The notes under the pieces are model-generated. The model saw nothing but the letters and a program-made list of their open reading frames with translations. It made no database searches and had not been told where the DNA came from. A program made the translations under genes and the position numbers. Below, piece by piece: positions 1 through 9,095 of a stretch of 64,000 nucleotides of DNA. The DNA comes from an uncultured Anaerolinea sp. (GTDB taxonomy: Bacteria > Chloroflexota > Anaerolineae > Anaerolineales > UBA4823), in NCBI GenBank assembly GCA_964595435.1, contig CAZQQJ010000004.1:35377-99376 (forward strand), read 5' to 3'. The stretch's first letter is position 1. Every line of letters begins with the position of its first letter.

Positions 1-689
1 TGTACCTGTTCAGCACCCCCACCCTCGACCGCGCCTTGTGGGATGATCACCTGCGTTCCGACACGTCGCATGATTTTGGTAAAGACATCTTGCCTGGCCT
101 GGTGGGGCAAGGCAAGCGCGTTTTTGCTTTTCCGTATGAGAACTATTGGGTGGACGTAGGTACGATCGACTCTTACTGGAAAGCGCATCTCGATCTGCTC
201 AGTGATCCACCGCCGATTGACTTGAATGACCGCTCGTGGATTGTGCACACCCGCACCGAAGAGCGCCCACCGGTACATATCGCCAGTGGAGCGGTCATCC
301 TGGATAGCATGATTACCGACGGCTGTGTGATTGGCCGTGGCGCGCTCATCGAACGCAGTGTGCTCAGCCCGGGTGTGCGCGTCGCCCCTGGAGCAGTGGT
401 GCGCGAGTCGGTCATCCTCACCGATACGATCATTGGCCCGGAGGCCGTGATCGAACATACCATCATCGATAAAAAGGTGCGTATCAGCGAGCAGGCCCGG
501 GTGGGCGCCCGTCGCGCCGGGTTCGAGCCGATGTTGACCATGATCGGCAAGAACAGTTTCGTCCCGGCCGCGATGGTCGTGGAACCTGGTGCGGTGATCG
601 GCATCGACGTGATCGAAAGCGACTACATTTCGAACGTGGTGCGCGGCGGCGATTTTATCCAAACCAAACGTTTACCTTACGAGATATAG
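1..689 (+). CDS. glgC: glucose-1-phosphate adenylyltransferase, C-terminal part (5' end outside window)
   Basis: The frame stays open to the window edge. The translation (DFGKDILPGLV, YWVDVGTIDSYWKAHLDLL, then a hexapeptide-repeat-like C-terminal half) matches GlgC as I recall it. It lies directly upstream of malQ. Confidence 0.85.
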   Translation, partial: YLFSTPTLDRALWDDHLRSDTSHDFGKDILPGLVGQGKRVFAFPYENYWVDVGTIDSYWKAHLDLLSDPPPIDLNDRSWIVHTRTEERPPVHIASGAVILDSMITDGCVIGRGALIERSVLSPGVRVAPGAVVRESVILTDTIIGPEAVIEHTIIDKKVRISEQARVGARRAGFEPMLTMIGKNSFVPAAMVVEPGAVIGIDVIESDYISNVVRGGDFIQTKRLPYEI

Positions 690-700
690 GATCTCTGCGC

Positions 701-2191
701 ATGGCCTTTACGCGTTCTTCTGGTATTTTGTTGCACCCGAGCAGCCTGCCGGGGCCATACGGGATCGGCGATCTTGGCCCGCAGGCCCACGCCTGGTTGG
801 ATTTTCTGGCTGAAACGCACTGCTCCCTGTGGCAGGTATTGCCGCTTGGCCCCACCGGTTACGGCGATTCGCCTTACCAGTGTTTTTCGGCTTTTGCCGG
901 CAACCCTTACCTGATCAGCCTCGATGCCTTGCTCAAAGATGGTTTGCTGACCGCCGCCGACCTGGAAGATCAACCGGATTTCCCGGATGGGCTTGTCGAC
1001 TTTGGCAGCCTGATCCCCTGGAAATTGCAGGCGCTCGACCGGGCCTACCGGCGCTTTAGCGCCCGCCCCTTCAAGAAACTGCGCGCCGAATTCGACGCTT
1101 TCCAATCCAGCCAGTCGAACTGGCTGGAAGATTTTGCCCTCTTCATGGCCATCAAAGAAGCTCACCAGGGTGCGGCCTGGACGACGTGGAAGCCGCCCTT
1201 GCGCGACCGCCAGCCTCACGCGCTCGAAACAGCCCGCTTGCAGCATGCCGACGCCATCCAGCGCCAGGCTTTTCGCCAGTTTTTGTTTTTCCGCCAGTGG
1301 GATGCGCTGCATGCTTATGCCCGCAAGCGTGGCATCCAGATTATTGGTGATATCCCCATCTTCGTTGCTCATGACAGCGCAGACGTGTGGGCCAACCGCC
1401 AGTTGTTTTTCCTGGATGACAACGGCCGTCCCTCGGTGGTGGCAGGGGTCCCGCCGGATTATTTCTCCCGCAGCGGCCAGCGTTGGGGTAACCCTTTGTA
1501 CCGCTGGGATGTGCACCAGGCGGACGGCTATCGCTGGTGGCTGGAGCGCATTCGCGCCGTGTTGGCGCAGGTGGATATCGTACGGATCGACCATTTCCGC
1601 GGCTTCTGCGCCTATTGGGAAGTCCCCGGGCGCGCCAGGACCGCCCGCAAAGGGCGCTGGGCGCCTGCCCCAGGGATGGATTTCTTCCGCGCCGTTCAGT
1701 CGGCCCTGGGAGACCTGCCCATCATCGCCGAGGATTTGGGGGTGATTACCCCCGATGTGGTTGAATTGCGCGAGGCTTTCCATCTACCCGGGATGAAAAT
1801 ATTGCAATTCGGTTTCGGCGGCGGCCCGCAAGACCCCTTCTTGCCGCACAATTATCCGGTGCACTGTGTGGTCTACACCGGTACGCACGATAACGACACG
1901 GCGCTCGGCTGGTACCAACGCGTTGCCGATAAAGAGAAGGACTTTTGCCGGCGTTACTTGGCGCGTGATGGGCACGATATCTCCTGGGATATGATTCGCG
2001 CCGTATGGGGCTCAGTGGCCGCCTTTGCCCTGGCGCCCATGCAGGATTTCCTCAGCCTGGATAACAGGGCGCGTATGAATTACCCCGGCACCCCCAGCGG
2101 CAACTGGACCTGGCGCATGCCGGACGGTGCGCTGGACGAGATGCTGCGCGCCCGGATACAGGAACTCAATTACTTGTATCTTCGCGGCTGA
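701..2191 (+). CDS. malQ: 4-alpha-glucanotransferase (amylomaltase)
   Basis: 496-aa ORF. The N-terminus RSSGILLHPSSLPGPYGIGDLG and the blocks DIPIFVAHDSADVW and VVYTGTHDNDT are characteristic of GH77 MalQ. Confidence 0.9.
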   Translation: MAFTRSSGILLHPSSLPGPYGIGDLGPQAHAWLDFLAETHCSLWQVLPLGPTGYGDSPYQCFSAFAGNPYLISLDALLKDGLLTAADLEDQPDFPDGLVDFGSLIPWKLQALDRAYRRFSARPFKKLRAEFDAFQSSQSNWLEDFALFMAIKEAHQGAAWTTWKPPLRDRQPHALETARLQHADAIQRQAFRQFLFFRQWDALHAYARKRGIQIIGDIPIFVAHDSADVWANRQLFFLDDNGRPSVVAGVPPDYFSRSGQRWGNPLYRWDVHQADGYRWWLERIRAVLAQVDIVRIDHFRGFCAYWEVPGRARTARKGRWAPAPGMDFFRAVQSALGDLPIIAEDLGVITPDVVELREAFHLPGMKILQFGFGGGPQDPFLPHNYPVHCVVYTGTHDNDTALGWYQRVADKEKDFCRRYLARDGHDISWDMIRAVWGSVAAFALAPMQDFLSLDNRARMNYPGTPSGNWTWRMPDGALDEMLRARIQELNYLYLRG

Positions 2192-2214
2192 TTCGTTCAG
2201 CAGGCCATGCCCGG

Positions 2215-3291
2215 CTATGGTTCGAGGAACGCCTGGTTGAAGAATTCGACCAGGCGCTGCTCGTATTCTTCGGGGCGTTGTAGCGGCCCGTCGCAGTGGG
2301 TCGCCTCGGGGATGATCCACACCCGGGCATTGGGACCGGCGTATGCCGCGTAGTGATGCATACGCCGTGCTTCGCTGCCGAAATAACCAAGCGCATTGCC
2401 GCCGCCGACCAGCATAACAGGTCGTGGGGCGATGCGCCCGATGATCTGGATCATGCCCGCTGGCCTGGGCATACCCAGCCGCCAGGTGTACATCCAGTCG
2501 ATGATGGCGTTGGAAAGGTAAGCCAGGCTATCGGCCCAGGTGACCGGCGGCGCGTTGTCGCTGGCCAGGATCACGGAGAAACCATCCGCCCAAACCGCTT
2601 TCAATTCCGGGTAAGCGACCGTTCCTTGTAGCGCGATTTGCCCGCCGATCGAGCAGCCGGCAATGCCCAAACGCTGTGCGTCAACTTCCGGGCGGCTTTT
2701 CAGGTAAGTAATCGCCCCGCCCACGTCGGGGGTATCGATCCAGCCGTGGGCGCGAAAACTGCCGCCGCTTTCTCCTGAGCCGCGTTCGTCGTACATCAAT
2801 ACGCCATATCCGGCTTTCACCAGCATTTCTGCGTAATGGAGCACGCCCAGCCGGTTGCCGCTGTAGCCGTGCAGCAAAATGATCGCTGCCCCGTTCTCAG
2901 GCGGGACGAACCATCCGGCCAATTCCGTTTCGTCGCCGCCGGTGAAACGGATTTCTTCGATCGCGAAAGGCATCTCGGCAGGCGCTTCCACCGCGCTGGG
3001 CGCCAGGGCAATTTCTTCACTGACCGCCTGGTAATCCAGATACAATAATAGCCCGCCGCCGACCAATACGAAAGTGAACAGCGCGAACCCAACCAGCCTG
3101 GCTACGTATACGGTAGCACGCCCCAGCTTGTTCGCCGGCTTTGCCGGCACGTCTGCCGGGGAGAGGGGCGCCTCGGATTGCCGCCTCTTGAACCATAGCT
3201 TCAACAGAGCAAAAGTCGCCAGCGCCAGCAAGAGAATGATCAGCAGGTTAGTCAGCGGGATGTGCAGGAGGTTGTATAAAAAAGATGCCAT
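2215..3291 (-). CDS. membrane-anchored alpha/beta hydrolase
   Basis: 358-aa ORF with two N-terminal hydrophobic segments. The LLHGYSGN and GCSIGG nucleophile-elbow motifs indicate the alpha/beta-hydrolase fold. Confidence 0.7.
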   Translation of the reverse strand: MASFLYNLLHIPLTNLLIILLLALATFALLKLWFKRRQSEAPLSPADVPAKPANKLGRATVYVARLVGFALFTFVLVGGGLLLYLDYQAVSEEIALAPSAVEAPAEMPFAIEEIRFTGGDETELAGWFVPPENGAAIILLHGYSGNRLGVLHYAEMLVKAGYGVLMYDERGSGESGGSFRAHGWIDTPDVGGAITYLKSRPEVDAQRLGIAGCSIGGQIALQGTVAYPELKAVWADGFSVILASDNAPPVTWADSLAYLSNAIIDWMYTWRLGMPRPAGMIQIIGRIAPRPVMLVGGGNALGYFGSEARRMHHYAAYAGPNARVWIIPEATHCDGPLQRPEEYEQRLVEFFNQAFLEP

Positions 3292-3391
3292 GGGCCAATT
3301 ATACTGGTCAGAGTGCCGGATTGGCGCCCACCAATTCGGTTTTCGTATATAATAATTTGCAAAATCCCCACATATCCATAAGGAGTCCTAC

Positions 3392-4498
3392 ATGCCTGAT
3401 CCTCGTATCCAAAAACTCGCCCAGGTGCTGGTTCACTATTCGCTCGGCTTGCAGGAGGGCGATACGCTTGCCCTGCGCACCAGCCCGTTAGCCGAAGAAC
3501 TCAACCTGGCGGTTTATAAAGAAGCGCTGTCCGCCGGTGCGCATATCCATCTGGCCAATGAAGTCCCCGGTGTCCGAGAAATCTATTTGAAAAATGCCAG
3601 CGATGCGCAACTGGATTATATCTCGCCGATCGACCGCTTGATCACCGAGCAGTTCAAAGCTATCCTGGACATCGACGCTCATTACAACACCCGCGAACTT
3701 TCGGGGATCGATCCTGCGCGCATGAAACGCCGCAGCCGCGCCCGCGCCGATCTGTTCAACAAGTTTTTGGAACGCCTGGGAAAGAAAGAGTTGCGTTGGT
3801 GTTATACAGTCTTTCCGAACCATGCCAGCGCCCAGGAGGCCGATATGAGCCTCAGCGACTATCAAGAATTTGTTTACGGCGCAGGTTTGCTCGACTTGCC
3901 CGATCCGGTGGCTGCCTGGCAGGAAGAAAGCCAGCGCCAGAAGCGCCTGATCGCCTGGTTGGAGGGCAAGGATCAGGTGGTCATCCAGGGCGAGAACGTC
4001 GATCTGCGCCTGTCCATCCAGGGGCGTATCTTCCAGGAAGCCTGCGGTCACGAAAACTTCCCGGATGGCGAGATCTTCACTTCGCCGGTCGAGGAGTCGG
4101 TAGAAGGTTGGATCCGTTTTGGTTACCCTGCCATTTACGCCGGGCGGGAGGTAGTCGACATCGAGCTGTGGTTCGAGGGTGGCAAGATCGTGCGCGAGAA
4201 AGCCAGCAAGGGCCAGGAACTGCTTACCGAGCTGCTCAATACCGACGCCGGGTCGCGCTACCTCGGTGAACTGGGCATTGGCACCAATTACGCTATCCAG
4301 AAGTTCACCAAGGATATGCTCTTCGACGAAAAGATCGGCGGCACCATCCACCTGGCGGTTGGCGCCGGCTTCCCGGAAGCGGGCAGCAAGAATGAATCTG
4401 GCATCCATTGGGACATGCTGTGCAACATGGCGCGCAGCGAAATGCGCGCCGATGGCGAGCTGTTCTACAAAGATGGCAGGTTCGTAATCGTCCCATAA
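3392..4498 (+). CDS. M29-family aminopeptidase (AmpS/PepS-like)
   Basis: 368-aa ORF preceded by AAGGAG. Its length and blocks (FPDGEIFTSPVE, GGTIHLAVG, HWDML) fit thermophilic metalloaminopeptidase family M29. Confidence 0.8.
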   Translation: MPDPRIQKLAQVLVHYSLGLQEGDTLALRTSPLAEELNLAVYKEALSAGAHIHLANEVPGVREIYLKNASDAQLDYISPIDRLITEQFKAILDIDAHYNTRELSGIDPARMKRRSRARADLFNKFLERLGKKELRWCYTVFPNHASAQEADMSLSDYQEFVYGAGLLDLPDPVAAWQEESQRQKRLIAWLEGKDQVVIQGENVDLRLSIQGRIFQEACGHENFPDGEIFTSPVEESVEGWIRFGYPAIYAGREVVDIELWFEGGKIVREKASKGQELLTELLNTDAGSRYLGELGIGTNYAIQKFTKDMLFDEKIGGTIHLAVGAGFPEAGSKNESGIHWDMLCNMARSEMRADGELFYKDGRFVIVP

Positions 4499-4506
4499 CG
4501 TTTTCT

Positions 4507-4545
4507 GGTGCGGTTGCGCGCTGCAACGCTGTGCACAACCGCACC
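4507..4545 (+). terminator. hairpin between aminopeptidase and antiporter genes
   Basis: GGTGCGGTTG (4507..4516) pairs perfectly with CAACCGCACC (4536..4545). There is no clear U-tract, so terminator function is uncertain. Confidence 0.3.
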
Positions 4546-4550
4546 ACCCT

Positions 4551-6389
4551 TTGAACATGGAGCAATTTCTCAACACAGAAACCCTCATCATCGAGCTGCT
4601 CTTGATCGCATCGTTGGTGGCGATTGCCGTGCGGCGGTTGCGCATCCCCTATAGCGTGGCTCTGGTGGTGGTCGGCTTGCTGCTCACCACCCAGTCGCCG
4701 GTGGAGATCGACCTGACGCCGGAGTTGATTCTGGCGCTGTTTGTCCCGCCGCTGGTATTCGAAGCGGCATTCCACCTCAACTTCACCGAGCTACGCACCA
4801 GTCTCTCGACGATCCTGCTCCTGGCGGTGCCCGGGGTGATCTTGACCACCCTGGTGGTTGGCGGGCTGCTGTCCTGGGGCCCCGGCCTGGCTTTTTCATC
4901 TGCTCTGGTCTTCGGCGCGTTGATCGCCGCCACCGACCCCGTGGCTGTGGTCTCCCTGTTCCGCATCCTGGGGGTACCCAAGCGCCTGGGCGTGCTGGTC
5001 GAAGGCGAGAGCCTGTTCAACGATGGCACCGCCATCGTGCTTTTCAACCTGGTGCTGGCCTTTGCCTTGACCGGAGAGTTCAACCTGTTTCGCAGCCTGG
5101 GCGATTTTGTCCGCGTCTCGGTCGGTGGAGCGTTGGTGGGATTCTTGTTGGGTTGGCTGGTTTCTCGCCTGATCGCCCGCGTGGATGACTATCTGATCGA
5201 AACCACTCTGACCACCGTGCTGGCATTCGGCTCTTACCTGCTCGCAGAGCAATTGCACTTCAGCGGTGTGTTGGCCGTGGTTGCGGCAGGCCTGGTCAAC
5301 GGCAACATCGGCCCGCAGGGGATGAGCCCTACCACGCGCATCGTGCTGTTCAATTTCTGGGAGTACGTGGCATTCCTGGCCAATTCGATGGTCTTCCTGA
5401 TGATCGGCTTGCAGGTGAACATCCCCGTATTGCTGGAACACTGGCATCTGGTTGCCTGGGCGATCCTTGCTGTGACCCTGGCCCGGGTGTTGGTGGTGTA
5501 TGGCCTGGGGGGTATTGCCAACCGCTGGTTGGAGACGATCCCGTTGCGTTGGCAGCACGTGATCAGTTGGGGCGGGCTGCGCGGCGCGATCAGCCTGGCG
5601 CTGGCGCTCAGCCTGCCCGCCGCCCTGGGGCCGGACCGCGAGTTGCTGCGCACCATGGCCTTCGGTGTGGTGCTGTTTACCTTGCTGGTGCCGGCGACTA
5701 CGATGAGCCGCCTGGTACGCAGGCTGAAGATCGTCGTCCGCAGCGATGCCCAGGTGGAGTATGAGCTGCGCCACGCCCGCCTGACCGCCCTGCGTGCGGC
5801 GGATGCACACCTGGAACGGCGCCATCGCGAGGGGTTGATTTCACATCATGCCTGGGAGTCGCTCAAGCCGCGCATGGCCGAGCAAATCACCTACCTGGTC
5901 GAGGCGGTGCGCGAGGTGATGAGCGCCGATCCCGCCCTTCAAGAAGAAGAGCTGGATACGGCGCGGCGCGAAGCGCTGCGCGCCGAGCGCAGCGCCTACC
6001 TCGGTCTGCGCCGCGACGGGGTGATTTCCGACGAGAATTTCGAGAAGCTGGCGGCTGAGGTGGATGCTGTTTTGGATCAGGATGATGCCCCGCTGTGGTT
6101 TGTCACCCGCGAATCGTTGCCGCAGCGATTGCGCCAGGGCGCCAACGACCTAGTGGATGTGAACGAATTTATCATTGAAGAGGGGGCCGCTCTCGCCGGG
6201 CGGCTGGTGCGCGAGGTGAAATGGCCGCCGGATTGCCTGGTGGCCAGCGTGCGCCGGGAATACCACGTCATCGTGCCGCGCGGCGATACAGTGCTGCAAG
6301 CCGGGGATGTGCTGATGGTGGTGGCCGGCCGGGTGGCCGCCGAAGCAGTCCGGAGCATGTGCCAGGGGGGAGGGACGGCGCGTTCCTGA
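4551..6389 (+). CDS. CPA1-type Na+/H+ antiporter with C-terminal TrkA-C/RCK_C-like domain
   Basis: 612-aa ORF with about 11-12 hydrophobic helices and an NhaP-like pattern (ATDPVAV, ESLFNDGTAIVLF). The soluble tail ends in an RCK_C-like segment (IIEEGAALAGRLVREV...GDVLMVV). The ORF track starts at TTG 4551; ATG 4557 is an equally plausible start. Confidence 0.8.
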   Translation: MNMEQFLNTETLIIELLLIASLVAIAVRRLRIPYSVALVVVGLLLTTQSPVEIDLTPELILALFVPPLVFEAAFHLNFTELRTSLSTILLLAVPGVILTTLVVGGLLSWGPGLAFSSALVFGALIAATDPVAVVSLFRILGVPKRLGVLVEGESLFNDGTAIVLFNLVLAFALTGEFNLFRSLGDFVRVSVGGALVGFLLGWLVSRLIARVDDYLIETTLTTVLAFGSYLLAEQLHFSGVLAVVAAGLVNGNIGPQGMSPTTRIVLFNFWEYVAFLANSMVFLMIGLQVNIPVLLEHWHLVAWAILAVTLARVLVVYGLGGIANRWLETIPLRWQHVISWGGLRGAISLALALSLPAALGPDRELLRTMAFGVVLFTLLVPATTMSRLVRRLKIVVRSDAQVEYELRHARLTALRAADAHLERRHREGLISHHAWESLKPRMAEQITYLVEAVREVMSADPALQEEELDTARREALRAERSAYLGLRRDGVISDENFEKLAAEVDAVLDQDDAPLWFVTRESLPQRLRQGANDLVDVNEFIIEEGAALAGRLVREVKWPPDCLVASVRREYHVIVPRGDTVLQAGDVLMVVAGRVAAEAVRSMCQGGGTARS

Positions 6390-6469
6390 CTGGACATAAC
6401 CAACCTGATCGCCCAGCTGCGCCCCATCCCCCATTACTTATCCACCGATTACTCATTACCCCCTCCCCC

Positions 6470-7222
6470 ATGCCCGACCCCCTCCACATCTACTCCTCTC
6501 GCGTCGAAGAATACCGTAAGCACCGCCCTGGCTACCCGGTTTCGCTGCTTGCTTTGCTGCGCCAGAACTGCGGTTTCACCGAAAACTCAATCGTCGCCGA
6601 CGTCGGCTGTGGTACCGGCCTGCTGGCGCGCCTGTTCCTGGAGAACGGCAACCATGTCTATGGCGTCGAACCCAATGCCGAGATGTGCCACGCCGCTGAA
6701 GAGTCGCTGTCCGGCTTCCCGCGCTTCACCAGCCTGGAGGCTACGGCCGAGGCGACAACCCTGGATGGCAACAGCGTCGACTTCGTTACCGCCGGGCAGG
6801 CCTTCCACTGGTTCGAGCCTGAGCAAACCTGCCGTGAATTCGCCCGTATCCTCAAACCCGGCGGCTGGGTGGTGCTGGTCTGGAACGTCATCCGCACCGC
6901 TACACCCTTCCTGGCGGCTTACCATCAGTTCACCCGAAACTGGCTGCACCCCGGCATGGCTGAAGAATCCCCGGATATCTTCACCCCCTTCTTCGGCGCG
7001 GGCCGCTATACCACTGTCATATTGGATAATCGGGAAAATGAGCGGCGCAGCGATTTCGAAGCCTTCAAAGGCGGCGTGCTCTCGTCTTCCGCCGCGCCCC
7101 GCCCCGGCGACCCAACCTACGATGCCTTCATCACTGCTTTGCGCGCCCTGTTCGACGCACATCAAGTGGATGGCGCCGTGGCAGTGCAGTACGATGCTTC
7201 TGTGACTTACGGGCAGCTTTAA
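6470..7222 (+). CDS. class I SAM-dependent methyltransferase (A)
   Basis: The ORF 6221..7222 has an Arg/Pro/Gly-rich leader that looks non-coding. The plausible start is ATG 6470 (MPDPLHIYSS). The SAM-binding motif I is VADVGCGTGLLARL. Confidence 0.75.
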   Translation: MPDPLHIYSSRVEEYRKHRPGYPVSLLALLRQNCGFTENSIVADVGCGTGLLARLFLENGNHVYGVEPNAEMCHAAEESLSGFPRFTSLEATAEATTLDGNSVDFVTAGQAFHWFEPEQTCREFARILKPGGWVVLVWNVIRTATPFLAAYHQFTRNWLHPGMAEESPDIFTPFFGAGRYTTVILDNRENERRSDFEAFKGGVLSSSAAPRPGDPTYDAFITALRALFDAHQVDGAVAVQYDASVTYGQL

Positions 7223-7284
7223 GAAGCGCGTTTTACGCTATAATTGCCTTATGTGGATCGTGTACACATGGAGGTAAACCAAAA

Positions 7285-7509
7285 ATGGATGTTGTAACTA
7301 TTCCAAAGATTCTGGAACGATTGCAGAAGCTGCCAGCAGATAAACTGCCAGTTGTTTATGATTTTATTACTTACCTCGCAGAGCGGGAACCAGTTCCGGA
7401 GCGTTTTATGGAGTCTTCAGGCGTTTATGATACGATGCTCGCCAGCCAGGCACTCTTGTGCCAGGATTGGGACAGGCCTGAGGAGGATGCTGCGTGGGCC
7501 GATTTGTAA
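7285..7509 (+). CDS. putative antitoxin (MazE position)
   Basis: 74-aa acidic-tailed ORF that overlaps the start of the MazF-like gene by 16 nt. The assignment rests on position and size only. Confidence 0.55.
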   Translation: MDVVTIPKILERLQKLPADKLPVVYDFITYLAEREPVPERFMESSGVYDTMLASQALLCQDWDRPEEDAAWADL

Positions 7510-7826
7510 AAGGCGATGTAGTCGTTGTCCTTTTCCCCTTCTCTGATCTGAGTAATGCCAAGAAGCGACCGGCATTGGTTGTCGCTGACTTGAGCGGTGA
7601 AGATGTCATCTTGTGCCAGATTACCAGTCAGACAATTACAGATGCATACGTTATTCCGCTTACTGTTGATGATTTTTCTGAAGGGCATTTAAGCCAAGAG
7701 AGCAATATCCGTCCGAATCGGTTATTCACTGCCGATTCTCGCATCATTCAATATTGCGCCGGAAAGACAACGACGGAAAAGATCGAGCAGGTAATTCGGA
7801 AGATCATTCAGATCCTTTCGGGGTAA
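7494..7826 (+). CDS. mazF: MazF/PemK-family type II toxin (mRNA interferase)
   Basis: 110-aa ORF with a GTG start. GDVVVVLFPFSDLSNAKKRPALVV and NIRPNRLFTAD are classic PemK/MazF blocks. Confidence 0.8.
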   Translation: MGRFVKGDVVVVLFPFSDLSNAKKRPALVVADLSGEDVILCQITSQTITDAYVIPLTVDDFSEGHLSQESNIRPNRLFTADSRIIQYCAGKTTTEKIEQVIRKIIQILSG

Positions 7827-7855
7827 TTTCTACTTTCTCTGTAGAGGACCAATTT

Positions 7856-8158
7856 ATGCCCGACGACATCCACGACATCCAGCAATTCTACGACAGCCCC
7901 GAGAGCATTGCTCACGAGGCCGACCGCCTGTTCCGCCACCAGCTCGAGCGTGACATCACCCTGCGCTATTTCGAAACGTATCTGCCGGATGCCGGGCGCA
8001 TCCTTGAAATCGGCGCTGCCACCGGGGCCTATACCTTGTGGCTGGCGCAGCGCGGCTATCACGTCACCGCCGTCGATCTTTCGCCTGGCTTGCAGCATCA
8101 ACTACCTGGTATAAGTATGAACGTAAGGTGCCATCTCGCTACTACTGACAATGAGTAG
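7856..8158 (+). pseudogene. truncated copy of methyltransferase B (first 80 codons only)
   Basis: 7856..8095 aligns codon for codon with 10747..10986 (MPDDIHDIQQFYDSPESIAHEADRLF...DLSPGLQ). After that it reads into unrelated AT-rich sequence and stops at 8158. Confidence 0.7.
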
Positions 8159-8370
8159 GAACTCTAGTATCCTGAGAGATGGCTCAGGGAAAGAGACGCT
8201 ATTGTACCTTACGGCACAGACTGCTAGACAAGCGTGCGTTCTCTCGACCTGGTGGGTACTGCTCACACGAATCTTGCACAGTAGCGGTCAGTAGCTCAGA
8301 GCAGAGATCTTAGAGCATTTGGTAAGGTAGCAACTTGGGTTATTTTATCAAAATCAGCAAGGAGTGTCTT

Positions 8371-9060
8371 TTGAAAACAATTCGAGTCATCGTTGCCCTT
8401 ACTGTGGTAATAATTGGAATAATATGTGTAGATCGGGTTTCGGCAAAAGACAGATGGTATGCGGGGGCCGTGAGAGAGGTGCTCTCAAACGGAATTACGG
8501 CTATAATTTCGACACCTCAAAACCCCCTAGAAATATACACATATGGTGAGTCAAACTGGGTTACAGCATATTACATTGATGGTAATGGGCGAGATTGGTT
8601 ACAAACGGGCTGGATATATCTTAAAACAGATAGTGTCCCAAAACAGTATGTGGAATGGTGTCTTGATTATGGTTCTCCTACGCAAACTAGTGGAAGGGCT
8701 CCAGACTTTGCTACTCAGGGTTGGGGAAATAGCATTGCCTATTGGGTGTTTAAACAGAATAATGCTCGTTGGTGCGCTTATCCAGCAGGGATCGAAACCC
8801 TTTGTGTTGACAATCTCTCCTCTAACTCTCTTGGGACTCAGGTGGCTTCAGAGATCCACAAAGATCCTCGAAATGCTCTTGATACAACATTTGATCAAGT
8901 ACGATATAAGGATCCATCTGACAACCTATGGAAACCGTATGACGATCCAATCCTGTGGGTCGAAGAATTTGCGTATAGAGTTGAAAGATCCTCAAATTCG
9001 CATTTTCGCACTTATCGTTTGACGACTAAAGAAATTTTCCTTCCACTTATTTTTCAATAG
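8371..9060 (+). CDS. hypothetical secreted or membrane-anchored protein
   Basis: The ORF track starts at TTG 8335. TTG 8371 is better placed, 6 nt after AAGGAG (8359..8364). The N-terminal signal/anchor is LKTIRVIVALTVVIIGIICV. The gene lies in AT-richer DNA. Confidence 0.5.
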   Translation: MKTIRVIVALTVVIIGIICVDRVSAKDRWYAGAVREVLSNGITAIISTPQNPLEIYTYGESNWVTAYYIDGNGRDWLQTGWIYLKTDSVPKQYVEWCLDYGSPTQTSGRAPDFATQGWGNSIAYWVFKQNNARWCAYPAGIETLCVDNLSSNSLGTQVASEIHKDPRNALDTTFDQVRYKDPSDNLWKPYDDPILWVEEFAYRVERSSNSHFRTYRLTTKEIFLPLIFQ

Positions 9061-9095
9061 GTGCATTCTCATTTTCACCTTGAAAGGAGTTCCTG

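Larger units (their letters stand above)
7094..8095. repeat. direct repeat copy 1 (7094..7244 and 7845..8095), interrupted by the mazEF cassette
   Basis: By-eye alignment to 10572..10986. The same order is seen in both copies: methyltransferase A 3' end, stop, intergenic TATAAT region, then the first 80 codons of methyltransferase B. Confidence 0.8.

Noticed and set aside
677-1783. 368-aa ORF antisense to malQ
   Set aside because: It has Arg/Pro/Ala/Gly-rich low-complexity composition, typical of antisense frames in high-GC DNA. The sense strand encodes an unmistakable MalQ.
3488-4645. 385-aa ORF antisense to the M29 aminopeptidase
   Set aside because: There is no recognisable motif or ribosome-binding site. 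The opposite strand has a family-typical protein with an AAGGAG site.
6221-6469. N-terminal 83-codon extension of the methyltransferase A ORF
   Set aside because: The extension is Arg/Gly/Pro-rich and overlaps the antiporter gene end. The family-typical sequence begins at ATG 6470.
8281-8310. tRNA-like TAGCTCAG string in the islet's non-coding edge
   Set aside because: It resembles a D-arm, but no acceptor stem, anticodon arm or GTTCGA T-arm can be folded around it.
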